A stretch of 64,000 nt of DNA from Octopus sinensis (GCF_006345805.1 NC_043003.1:8060001-8124000); one strand, 5' to 3'. Numbered from the stretch's first letter, positions 51,722 through 63,108 are shown. The notes: generated by a model not told the origin, from the sequence alone. Made by a program: numbers and translations.

Positions 51722-51785
<64 letters not shown>

Positions 51786-52159
51786 GTATTATACTATATA
51801 TTATTCTTTATTTATATATCTTTTCATTCCTACAAACTATAAACACCCTTAAGCTAGATTGATTATTTTAAATTCCAATATTATTTCCCTTTTGATAATT
51901 TCTCTTTCCTCTAATAAGAATAATATAATTCACTTAATAATAATTAAATAATAATAATAATAATAATTGATTTCATTGTATGCTATATATATATACATAT
52001 AATTATATGGATATGTATTTATGTATATTTATGTATATATGTATATGTATATTTATGTATATTATAATCTATATATATATATATATATCTATTATATATA
52101 TATATATATTAATATATCTCTGTATATATTGTATATGTCTATATATATATATAATATAT

Positions 52160-52360
52160 GACCTCGTGTACCGTTGGCGATTTTTTCCCACTGTCTTCCC
52201 TTCTCGGGATCTTTCCTTCTCCTATGTTTCCGACGAAGATCTCCGCTCGAAACGTTAAGCCCTCCTTCTTCCCTTCTTTCCTGAGCGTCCAATAATACTA
52301 TATTTGTTCCACGTCCTCGCGTTGTTGTGTTTTTTTTGTGCTTTCTTGTTTGGATAAACT

Positions 52361-52361
<1 letters not shown>
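52160..52361 (+). mobile_element. Hammerhead-bearing Penelope-like pLTR fragment (family 4) between (TA)n arrays
   Basis: About 200 bp flanked by (TA)n; contains a decayed minimal HHR at 52226-52260. Confidence 0.55.
52226..52260 (+). ncRNA. Decayed minimal type I hammerhead motif
   Basis: GUUU-CCGACGA-A-GAUC-ucc-GCUC-GAAAC-GUU-AAGC: U4-to-C change in the core, one stem II mismatch, palindromic AACGUU in place of stem III. Confidence 0.5.
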
Positions 52362-52391
<30 letters not shown>

Positions 52392-52424
52392 GGTATGTAT
52401 GTACATATTCTTTTATTATTTTCT

Positions 52425-52610
52425 GCATCTATTTGTTTTGGTCATTTGACTGCAGCCATGCTGGAGCATCGTTTTGAATGACTTTAGTCCCCAAGACTTA
52501 TCTGGTGTTTATTCTATCGGTCAATTTGCCGAACCGCTACTTCACGGGGTCGTAGACACACCAACATCTATTGTTAAGCCGTGATGGGAGCACAAACACA
52601 GGCAGGTGTC
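52425..52610 (-). mobile_element. SINE family C, 3' half
   Basis: gtcatttgactgcagccatgctggagca... Confidence 0.7.
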
Positions 52611-52618
52611 TGTGTGTA

Positions 52619-52649
<31 letters not shown>

Positions 52650-52814
52650 TGTGTGTGTGTGTCTGTACTAAGAAATAAATTGTTTGTCATCTAAAAACTA
52701 ACGTGACGAATGAGCAGTCTTCTAAGGGAAGCAACCAAGCTGTAAAATTGCCTAAAATACCATATACGTTTAACCAACGGTAGGTTGGAGACGTGGATGT
52801 AAGTGAATGAATGA

Positions 52815-53480
52815 TTTTGTGGCTGTGTGGCATGAGGCTTTCTTCCCAGCCATATGGTTCTGGTTTCAGTCCCACTGCGTGGTAACTTGGGGAAGTGCTT
52901 GCTACTATAGGTCCCGTCGGCCAAGTCTTGTGAGTGGATTAGGTAGACAGAAGCAGAAAGAAGGCCCTTGAAATCTGACATTGAACTGTTCCACAAAAAA
53001 CTGTATATTACACGCTTTTACTAAATATCTTATTCTGAAACAGAACACTGTAAAAGACTCTTACTTTTTTTCTTATACACTGAAATCATTCACAAAAAAT
53101 GAACATTGTATTCTAACCCAATTTTTCTCTTTTTTTTGTTTAAAAACAGAACTTTCACCTAACTAAATACACTCTCCCTTACTTAAATTATTTTGTCAGC
53201 ATTTTCTTCATTTCCTTTTTTTATATATCACAACTCGTGTTCCACATCTCCTTTTTAAAATATATATATATATACGTATATGTTTGTGTGTCTTTGTTCC
53301 CACCTAACCATCGTTTGACAACCGTTGTTGGTGTGTTTACTTCCTTGAATCCAAACGATTCAGCGAAAGAGACTGATAAAATAAGTACCAGGCTTACAGA
53401 CAATAAGTCCTGAGGTTGATTTGTTCGACTAAAGGCGGTGCTGCAGCATGGCCGCAATGAAATGATCGAAACAAGTTAAA
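52815..53480 (+). mobile_element. SINE family C split by a ~290-bp AT-rich insert
   Basis: 5' half 52815-52970, 3' half 53270-53480. Confidence 0.65.
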
Positions 53481-53554
53481 AAATCAAAGAATCAAAGAAT
53501 ATATGTGTGTGTTTGTGTGCGTGTGTTGGTGTGTGTGTGTCTGTGTGTGTGTGG

Positions 53555-53812
53555 TGTGGAGGCACCAAGGCCCAATAGTTAGGGCAGCGGACTCCCGGTC
53601 GTGGAATCGCGGTTTCGATTCCCAGACCGGGCATTGTGAGTGTTTATAGAGCGAAAGCATTTAATGCTCCAGGGAGTGGTGGCGAACCCTGATGTACCCT
53701 TTCACCACAACTTTCGGTCTTTCTTCCGGTATACCTGTGTCATGCTGAATCTCCCCGAGAATTACGTTAAGGGTACACGTGTCTGTGGAGTACTCAGCCA
53801 CTTGCACGTTAT
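53555..53812 (+). mobile_element. Chimeric SINE: V-type 5' half plus family-D 3' half
   Basis: 5' half resembles 37028-37200; 3' half tgtgtcatgctgaatctccccgagaa..gtggagtactcagccacttgcacgtta resembles 19250-19330. Confidence 0.65.
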
Positions 53813-53814
53813 TC

Positions 53815-54118
53815 TATCTAGTACTTATTCTATCGGTCCATCTTTGCTGAACCGCCAGGTTATGGACACGCAAAAACACCAGCATCGTCGTCAAGACAGT
53901 TTGGGGGGGGGGAGGGAGTCAAACACAAATAGGCACAGACACACACACACACACATATATAGTGAGGGAGACGGTCTTCTTTCAGTTACCGTCAGCCAAA
54001 TCCATTCACGAGGCTGTATTAGAAGACACATGCCACCAAAGGTGCCACGCAGTGGGACCGAACCCAGAAGCATATTGGTTGGGAAGCAAGCTACTTACCA
54101 CACACCCACTCCTGGTGC
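53815..54118 (-). mobile_element. SINE family C lacking its 3' tail
   Basis: Collinear with 4990-5302. Confidence 0.7.
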
Positions 54119-54137
54119 CTATATATATTATATATAT

Positions 54138-54172
<35 letters not shown>

Positions 54173-55024
54173 ATATATATGCATGTATACATAGATACAC
54201 ATATAAGTCAGTTCAGAAGTAATTTAGTTTTATCTTTTGTTGATTTTTAATTATTTTTCCACTTTGAATTTAATTATTTTTTTCTAAGCTTTGATCATTT
54301 AGTTATTACAATTTATTGAACCTGGGTATCTTTCCATTATAGTTACCTATCACAGTTCATCTCTATGTACTTACCGTAATATATACACACGAAAAAAAAA
54401 TCGTTAGATCATTTTATATCAAAATATAACTCCCAGGAATAATTTTGTGGAAAATTCATCGATTATTTCCTTTTCCTTTTTCTTTTAATTTGTTTTGTTC
54501 TTCCTTTTTTCTTTCCTTTTTTTCTCCCATCTTTTTAAATTTAGAAACAGTGAGCGTGAATCGTGTGAAATTGCCGTAGCTTTCGAACAGCATAAGGCAA
54601 ACAATATTCGGAGCTATTGATTAAAGAAAGTTGAGAAATCATCTTTTGACAAGGCTTCGCCATTTCCAATATTCCAATCAATAAAGCAAATACAGATTGA
54701 TTTTCTTTCCCTTTCTTACGTGTCCATATGTGGAATTTGAAAGTAAGATATTTGTAGGATAACATAAGATAAAAAAAGAACTTCCATTAAAGTCTATATT
54801 TTGATATTAAGCTATAGATTTGTCGTTAAGAAATTTATTTGAAATAATTAATGGTGCTATTAGGTGCATGAATGGCTGTGTGGTAAGTAGCTTGCTTACC
54901 AACCACATGGTTCCGTGTTCAGTCACACTGCAAGGCACCTTGGATAAGTGTCTTCTACAATAACCCCAGGTCAATCAAAGTCTTGTGAGTAGATCTGGCA
55001 GACTGAAACTGAAAGGAGCCCGTC

Positions 55025-55058
<34 letters not shown>

Positions 55059-55061
<3 letters not shown>

Positions 55062-55718
55062 GTAAAATTTTGAATTCGCCTTAAATGGTCCTTTTACATA
55101 CTGAACACTTGGTGAAATTGATTAATTAATTAATTTTACCCTCAATTGTTGATATTATAATTCATTTCTCTCGGTCATACTGCCTCGGTTCTCGTGGTTA
55201 AAATATAATGTTTGCTAGATAGACCACGTGGGTGGAAGCGGATTGAAGAAATTTACGCCTGCGCATTTTGAATTTGTTGACACTGTTAGTCGGAGTGGTT
55301 CATCTGAAGCGATACGTTCGCTGATAGGTAAAGTTCCTTCTTTTTAGTGTTTCCAAATCCAAATTAAGAAATTTTGAGCTGACGATAGAAATGCTGATTT
55401 TATTTGGCTAATCTTGAAACGTTGACGTACTCAAACGATCTATGTACTTGTGATATTTTTCTGTATTTACCTCCAAACCTTCGTGGGCTGTCTGGAGTAA
55501 ACATTATCTGAGAGAAATTTTCTTTAAGTTGTAGAAATGCTAAGAAAAAATTTTTTTTGGCTGCTATTTCTACTAAGTTCAGTATGTGGCAAAGTAATTT
55601 ATTTTACTAAGCCCTAATTATATAATGTAAAATTTTGAATTCGCCTTAATGGTCCTTTTACATACTGAACACTTGGTGAAATTGATTAATTAATTAATTT
55701 TCCCTCAATTGTTGATAT
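55059..55718 (+). mobile_element. Hammerhead-bearing non-coding element (family 5): 565-bp period with ~96-bp terminal direct repeats
   Basis: 55059-55155 is repeated at 55624-55718 (two single-base indels); (TA)n on both flanks; HHR in the interior. Confidence 0.8.
55373..55435 (+). ncRNA. Type I hammerhead ribozyme motif
   Basis: Stem I UUUGAG/CUCAAA (6 bp), core CUGACGA, imperfect stem II, GAAA, stem III ACG-UUGA-CGU, triplet GUA (predicted cleavage after 55429). Confidence 0.75.
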
Positions 55719-55740
55719 ATATATATATATATATATAATA

Positions 55741-55792
<52 letters not shown>

Positions 55793-57267
55793 ATATATTG
55801 TGTGTGGTGTGTGTGTGTGTGGTTTGTCCCCGCCCAACATCGCTTGACGACTGATGCTGGTGTGTTTACGTCCCCGTAAACTAACGGTTCGGTAAAAGAG
55901 GCCGATAGACTAGTACTAGGCTTACAAAGAATTAGTGCTGAGGTCGATTTGCCCGAGTAAAGGTGGTGTTCCAGCATGGCCGCAGTCAAATGACTGAAAC
56001 AAATCAAAAGAATAAAAGACTGAAAGAATATTAATACATCAATTAAGCTGTTTTTTTATCGCTGATTATTGAACTATAATTGCTGCATACGCGTTACGTA
56101 AGTTCTAAAACCCAACACAACCGAAAAAGCTTTCGAACATAAAGAAAGTGTTATAATGTTTCTAATTACCGAACCTAATTTATAGACATCTTTTCATAGA
56201 AATAATTATTATTGAATGTTATGTAAACATTTGTTGGTATGTTTTTTCGTGATATAACTTCATAACGAATAGGCAAGATCGTTACACATATAATGCTAAA
56301 CTACAAATAACCGCAAGTTACATTCCCATCTTCTTCATCTTCCTATTCACGTCATCACGACATCATCCTAATCAACTCATTTGCTAACATTGTCAACAAG
56401 CTAATAGCTCTGCTAGATACATTAATCCCGTCATTCTATATAATAGCTGTTACACTTGACTGTCGTAATAATCTCACAGAAAACTTCAAGTCAGAGCATC
56501 AACGTATCTCATTGCGTGCTATATGCCTCGGAAATTCGAATTCGAGACACGATTTTGGTCTTGTCATTTTAATTAAGGCCACTCACAAATATCTCTCAGT
56601 TTCCACTCATGATGTCTTTTTCTCATATTCTGAAATGTAAAAGTGAAGACGAATCCCCGTTTTCCAACAGTGAAGCAGTGCTTAAATAACTTATCATACC
56701 ATAATATTGTGTCCGTCGAAAGAGCTCTGAAACTGGAAATTAAAAATTAGTTGAACGTAAGAAACACTATATACATGAGTACACAAACAGTAAATTTTAC
56801 TCCGAGAATCATGGTCCCCCTCACACACACGCACCCACACCCTCATTAAAGGTATCTATCATGTAGAGCGGAGTTTTGCAAAAGTATTTATCGTTTACGT
56901 AATATTTTCCCATAAATTGTCTACGAATGCAGAGTATACGCTAGTGATGATGTCCAATGAGACAGGAATTTCCATACGATCCTCTCTGCCCCAGATATGA
57001 CTGCCTTCGTCTGACTCCGGCATATGTATGTATGTATATATATATACACACACATATATTCGCCATTTTGGACCGCTGAAATCTACAAGATTTTTTTTCA
57101 TTCGCTCTCTCTCTGTCTGTCTCTCTCTCTCTTATTCTTCCACTTATTCGTTTCTGTTGAAGAGCTTAGGCTCGAATCGTAAAAGATTATTTCTTTTTCA
57201 CGAGCGTCAAACTACTACACTTGTTTGTTGTTCATACACATTGCTTTTGTTTTTCTGTAAATTTCAA

Positions 57268-57319
<52 letters not shown>

Positions 57320-57334
57320 AATTGCAGCGTGAAC

Positions 57335-57554
57335 GGTGCTTATAAGCCATTTAAGAAATACACAAAAACCGTTAGATTCACTTCAACATTTAAATTTAAT
57401 TGACCAAAATATTTTCGTCGCTTTGAGACGTGCTGTATTTTGTCAGAGAACCGGTCACAGTCTGAAAGCGACGAAAATATTTTGGCAAATTAAATTTAAA
57501 TGTTGAAGTGAATCTAACGGTTTTTGTGTATTTCTTAAATGGCTTATAAGCACC
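57335..57554. repeat. Fold-back palindrome, 95-bp arms (3 mismatches), 30-nt loop, in a (TA)n-flanked insert
   Basis: 57335-57429 pairs with 57460-57554. Confidence 0.85.
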
Positions 57555-57769
57555 TTCCGATCGTTTTCGTTCCAGCACACCATCTCAGATCAGGTCACTT
57601 GTTATGCAAGTATATCTCCGTAATTCCGAAAACTATATATATATATATATACTGCGTTTTTATAAACCATACGTTCATAAAAGATATTATCTCCAGATGA
57701 ATGCTGATGTGTATTTCATGACGTATCTACATTAAGTATGACACACAGATGGCAATTTTAATCTAATAT

Positions 57770-58165
57770 CGGTGCAGGAGTGCCTTTGTGGTAATTAGCT
57801 ATCTTACCAACCACATGGTCCTGGTTTCAGTCCCACTTCGTGGTACCTTGGACAAGTGTCTTCTACTATAGCTTCGGACCGACCAAAGCCTTGTGAGTGG
57901 ATTTGGCACACGGAAACTGAAAGAAGCTTGGCGTATATATATATATATATAATGTATGTGTAATTTATGTGTTTGTCCACCAACATCGCTTGACAACCGA
58001 TGCTGGTGCGTTCACGTCCCAGTAACTTAGCAGTTCGGCAAAAAACCGATAGAATAAGTACTAGACTAACAAAGCATAAGTCCTGGAGTCGATTTGCTCG
58101 ACTAAAGGCGGTGCACCAGCATGGCCGCAGTCAGATGACTGAAACAAATAAAAGAACAAAAGAAT
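57770..58165 (+). mobile_element. SINE family C, full length
   Basis: Collinear with 9026-9404. Confidence 0.85.
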
Positions 58166-58295
58166 AACATAGCCCCTTTCGTACATAACAGGTAAATACA
58201 TTTTTAGTTGTATTATTAATACTATTTCAAGATATTTATTTTGACAAATTGATCGGTAACTTATTTGCAAGGACGAATTGTATAGTGAGTAACTA

Positions 58296-58852
58296 TTGGG
58301 TTGTCCGGAAAGTTCGTGCCGATTTTTAAAGGAAAGAGAAAGGTCAATAAATACTTGCCATTACATTTTTAATCAACCAAATGTGAAACATTTTGTTGCA
58401 CAATGCGTCTCCATCTTTCCTTTAACTTGAAAATACCCTCTTCCCAGAATTGAGGTGGTTTCATGGCAAAGAATTAATCAAGGTATCTTTTTACGTCATT
58501 CAAGGAATTGAAATTTTTACCCTTAAGATTATTCTGCAGAGACCTGAATAAGTGGAAATCCGAAGGAGCAATATCTGGTGAATATGGAGGGTGGGGTAAC
58601 ACATCCCAGCCGAGCTGCAGCAATTTTTCTCTGGTTCCCAAAGCATCAAGTGAACTTTCTTATCTTCAATTTTATAGGGTTACAGAATTCACACAGGTTA
58701 TAGGAACATAAATTTTCTTCCACGAAAAGACAGCTTAAATTGTGCTCTAAATGGAGGTGTAGTCAAATCCTATTTTATGGACTCAACCATGTTCTAAAAT
58801 AAGTCGAAAGCTAAGCTACTATAAATCGGCACGAACTTTTCGGACAACCCAG
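58296..58852 (-). mobile_element. Internally deleted mariner (557 bp)
   Basis: 30-bp TIRs ttgggttgtccggaaagttcgtgccgattt / aaatcggcacgaacttttcggacaacccag; TA on both flanks; minus strand LLQLGWDVLPHPPYSPDIAPSDFHLFRSLQNNL..WEEGIFKLKERWRRIV. Confidence 0.92.
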
Positions 58853-59375
58853 TATTTGCATTCCTTACCACTACCATGAAAAGATGTTTTCTCTAGATTG
58901 TATTATCAGAATAATAACTAATCACAGAGATAAAATTCGTAGCAACCAAGTACAAAAGTATTTACTATCATGTTTGAAATTGCAGCATAATTATTCAAAG
59001 TCATATAAGCGAAATACATATAGAGAAATGCATATATATTTACGGATCCAATTACATGAATTTAATTATAAGCATAAACGATATTATATTTTTATCAAAA
59101 TACATTATTGCTGAAACAAATTATATAATTAGTTTTCGAATAATTACATTTAATGAATATGAAAAACACTATGCAAATTTATTTCGGAAACTATAAAAAA
59201 TAATTTACGAAATTAATTATAATTTTTAATTTTTCATAACACATTCTTTTACCATTATGCAAATATACCAAGCAGTTTCATGAGAATTCTTTTTCTCTTT
59301 CTCTGTTTTTCTCTCTCTTTCTCTTTCTCTTTCTCTTTCCTCCTTTCTCTCTCCTACCACATATATGTGGGTATA

Positions 59376-59441
<66 letters not shown>

Positions 59442-59699
59442 CATATGTGTGTGTATGTGTACATGTATAAATAAATATTCTATATATTTAGATATAAACT
59501 TATATATACATACCTGTATATGCAATAACAGTGATATCGATATATATATACATACCGTGATACTAATTAAATTTTCCCCTCAGCAGATTGTTTAATTACA
59601 ACAAATATATTTCTTCTTTAATCATTCCATAAATATTTACCGAATTCTGATTTTTCTTCCTTTTCGAGGTATAAATTTTATTAGTTTGTTCAGAGCACG

Positions 59700-60200
59700 T
59701 GGATGTGGAAGAATAGGAAGACGGAGGGGGAGGAGGAGGAGAAGGAGGGGAGGGGAAGAGGAGAAAAGCAGAAAGGAGAGTAGATAAAAGTATAACGTAA
59801 TAATTGTGAGTAAGCGGAGGAAGAGGAGGAGGGTGCAAGAGAAGAAGGTGGAGGAAGAAGAGGAAAAAGCAGAAAGGAGAGTAGAAAAAAGTAGAACTAG
59901 TTGTGAGAAAGAGGAGGGAGCAAGAGAAGGAGGAGGAGGAGGTAAGGAGTGGGAGGAGGAGGAGGTGGAGGGTGAGAGAGAAGAAGAAGGTGGAGGAAGA
60001 CAGTGCAAGAGAAGGAGGAGGAGGAAGGTGAAAGAGAAGAAGGCAGAGGATGAGGGTGCAAGAGAAGGGGAAGGAGGAGGAGGAGAATGAGGGTGCAAAA
60101 GAAGAAGGTATAGGATGAGGGTGCACGAGAAGGAGGAGGAGAAGAAGGAGGTGGAGGAGGAGATGAAGAGAAGAAAATAATGATGACGATGATGATGGCT
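59700..60200. repeat. Purine-rich (GGA/GAA) low-complexity block with recurring gagggtgcaagagaagaagg units
   Basis: Direct reading; source of the E/R/G- and S/P/L-rich pseudo-ORFs. Confidence 0.85.
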
Positions 60201-60811
60201 GAAATCCTCATGAAGTGTAAATGTGATATCTCCAAGCAATGTAAATTTAACGAGGTGTATTAATCGGCGAGAGGGCTCTGCGCTTTGTAGCTCTCAAGAT
60301 TCAGGTGGTGAGTTTTCGTCACTTCGTCGAAGTGGTTTCACCTTCCATTCGGAGATCCATAAGCTGGAGACCTATAACCTGATCATGTTGACGAAAAAAC
60401 GGGGAAGCATTCTTTTGCTTGAAATTTTCTCAAAGACAACTCTCAGTTGTTGAATGATGGCCCTTCTTCCGTCAGGTGAACTCCTCATCACTCATTACAA
60501 CTCCATTCTGAGAACATGTTAGTTCACGCTCTACACTCTCCATGACCCCCAAAATTATCCATGGTAGTCAGTATTAAAACTTGAACAGGTAAATAGACTT
60601 GCTACTGATCAAGAAACACCATAAACATGCCGACCAAACGTCTAAGCGCACCCAAAAAATCTGTAGCTCCTCTTATACCCTGTGTCCCCTTACATACTAA
60701 ATCTACTGTAGGCTTCGATATGATGAAAGCCTAATTATACTTGAAACAAACTGATCTGAAGCAAAAGAAGCTAGGAGTTTTAATAACCGTAAGGAATCCT
60801 TTTAGCCTCCA

Positions 60812-61505
60812 CTTGTTTTAGACATTAGACTACGGCCATACTGGAGCTCCGTCTTGAAAAACTTTACTCGAACGAATCGACGCTGGTACTTATTCTATCG
60901 TCTCCTATTGCTGAACTGCTAAGTTTCGGAGACATAAACACTCCAACGTCGGTTGCCAAGTGGCGATGGTGGTGGTGGACAAAACTTAGACACAAACACA
61001 AACACTTATACAAACACACACCCATATACATGCAAACACACAGCTCTCTCTATCTCACACATACATACACACACAAACACACACAAACTCTCATACAGAC
61101 ATATACACGCAAACACACACACGTGCAAATGTATGCAGGCGACAGGCTTTCCATCTACGAAAACCACTCGCAAAGGCAGCGAGCTGGCAGAGTCGTTAGC
61201 ACGCCGGGCGAAATGCGTAGTCGTATTTCGTCTGCCGTTACGTTCTGAGTTCAAATTCTGCCGAGGTCGACTTTGCCTTTCATCCTTTCGGGGTCGATAA
61301 ATTAAGTACCAGTTACGCACTGGGGTTGATGTAATCGACTTAATCCGTTTGTCTGTACTTGTTTGTCTTCTCTATGTTTAGCCCCTTGTGGGTAGTAAAG
61401 AAATACAAAAGCACTCGCAAATCTATGGCCGAGGCTATAGTGCCACGCAGTGGAAGTGAAGTCGGAACCATGTGGTTCGGAAGCAAACATTTTTGCCGAA
61501 TAGTC
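60812..61505 (-). mobile_element. SINE family C, degenerate, interrupted by SINE B
   Basis: 3' half 60812-61157, 5' half 61422-61505. Confidence 0.7.
61175..61405 (+). mobile_element. SINE B monomer with a ~16-bp TSD
   Basis: cgaaaaccactcgcaaa (61158-61174) / caaaagcactcgcaaa (61406-61421); the element ends at aaagaaata. Confidence 0.85.
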
Positions 61506-62415
61506 ACAGAAAGTAATAAATTGATGGCGTACATAAAGCCAGAATGAAGGAGACATTTTCATACGGATATATTCCTCAAACCTGGAGCATTTTACGATGT
61601 ACTAATTATGTTATTTCACGATACAGGAAACATAATAGTGGCTTGCAATAACTCTCCGGTCAGGATTGGTACTTTCCTAAATCGAACCACACATTAAAAC
61701 ACATAAAACACAGAACATGAAATAGAGTTAAGTATGAGTAACAATGAATTTACCAGACAATTCTATTTCCTGTACACGCACAACTATGGATTTCGGTTCA
61801 ATGGTTAAACCATCAGCGACCTCTTACTAACATGTGTACAAAACATAATACCGCTCAGAAAAATCTATCGCTTCTTATCACTATCCCATTTCTGTTGTTG
61901 AAGCAACACTCTATAATTGAACTCTAGTCTGAAAGGCGCCGTCTATATTGGTGCAGAATCAATTCTCTTCAAAAGTCACCTTTCTCATCTGATTATCAGC
62001 ACACATAACGCTCATTTTATCTGATTCGAAGTTTCCTCATCACAAAGTCGTTGACTACAATATTCAGTTTTCTATGCCTCCCAACGTCTTCCGTTAGAAC
62101 AGCAGGTAGTCCAGCGAAAGAGCTTTTGACATAACTCTTGTTAGCGAATCCTGCTACCGACCGAGTCCATCGTGAGTATTGCCTCGCTATTCACCTTCAA
62201 CAAGGCATTCATGCAGTTTTCCTGCGTCTGCTGTCTATGACGATGGTGTGCCGAACGAGGATGAAAGCAATGAGGAATCACATTCGCTGGTCATCGAATT
62301 TTCAAATTCGACTTTGAATGAGAATTGAAGGTGGATTGTCCAAATATGGGTGACTATGGAACCATAGTCAGGACGAATGGAGACACTTGAAACAGGCGAC
62401 TGGAGAAGAAGAATA

Positions 62416-62603
62416 CAGTTCTATATTTAAGAGATGAGGAATTATGTACATTATTTACTTTATTTACATTAGAAATGAGAACCCTGGTTCGAAATTTCCC
62501 CAAGACACCTGATGCAGGCTGGAGGGTATAACAGCCGAAACGTTGTGTTAACAACAAACAAGATGAGGACAAATATCCGTCAAATGTAAATAATGTAAAT
62601 AAT
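62416..62603. mobile_element. Penelope-like pLTR (family 6) with an inverted partial tail
   Basis: ttatgtacattatttactttatttacatt (62437-62470) is an inverted version of the aatgtaaataatgtaaataat 3' end; same family as 8244-8355. Confidence 0.6.
62504..62549 (+). ncRNA. Minimal type I hammerhead motif, A9 mutated
   Basis: GACAC-CUGAUGC-A-GGCUG..CAGCC-GAAAC-GUU-GUGUU; palindromic AACGUU; the copy at about 8335 retains CUGAUGA. Confidence 0.6.
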
Positions 62604-62724
62604 GGAGAAGAATATTTGGATGAGGGCTTGTGATCAGGGTGACCCTGGACCTGTAGAGTTCCTTGACTATTGCTGTTTGGAGCGTTTCCTATATAAGGAG
62701 GACTGGATTATCCAAGTCTTTTAC

Positions 62725-63108
62725 TCTTTTATTTGTTTTAGTCATTTTACTGTGGCCATACTGGAGCACAACCTTTAATCGAGCTAATCGACTAGTACTT
62801 ATTCTTTCGGTCGCTTTTGCCGAACCGCTAAGTTACGGGGACGTAAACACACCAGTATCGGTTGTCAAGCGATGTTGTGGGACAAACACAGACACACAAA
62901 CATATATATACACACACACATATATATTAAATATACATATATGCGACGGGCTTCTTTCATTTTCCGTCTACTAAATCCACTCACAAGGCTTTGGTCGGCC
63001 CGAGGCTACAGTAGAAGACACTTGCCCAAGATGCCACGCAGTGGGACTGAAACTGGAACCATGTGGTTGGTAAGCAAGCTACTTACCACGCAACCACTCC
63101 TACGCCTA
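62725..63108 (-). mobile_element. SINE family C, near full length
   Basis: Collinear with 4874-5302. Confidence 0.85.

Larger units (their letters stand above)
54865..56020 (+). mobile_element. SINE family C interrupted in its internal (TA)n by the family-5 hammerhead element
   Basis: 5' half 54865-55026, 3' half 55800-56020. Confidence 0.8.

Noticed and set aside
57700-57730. CAGATGA-atg...cat-GACGTA, HHR-like
   Set aside because: Both core strands are defective and stem I is not identifiable.
2582-59595. Dozens of ORFs rich in YI/VC/HT/poly-I/H/S/L
   Set aside because: Translations of (TA)n, (TG)n, (TACA)n, (ATT)n and (CAT)n microsatellites.
59596-60239. 176-200 aa ORFs rich in S/P/L or E/R/G
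   Set aside because: Purine-rich low-complexity tract open in several frames; no domain signal.
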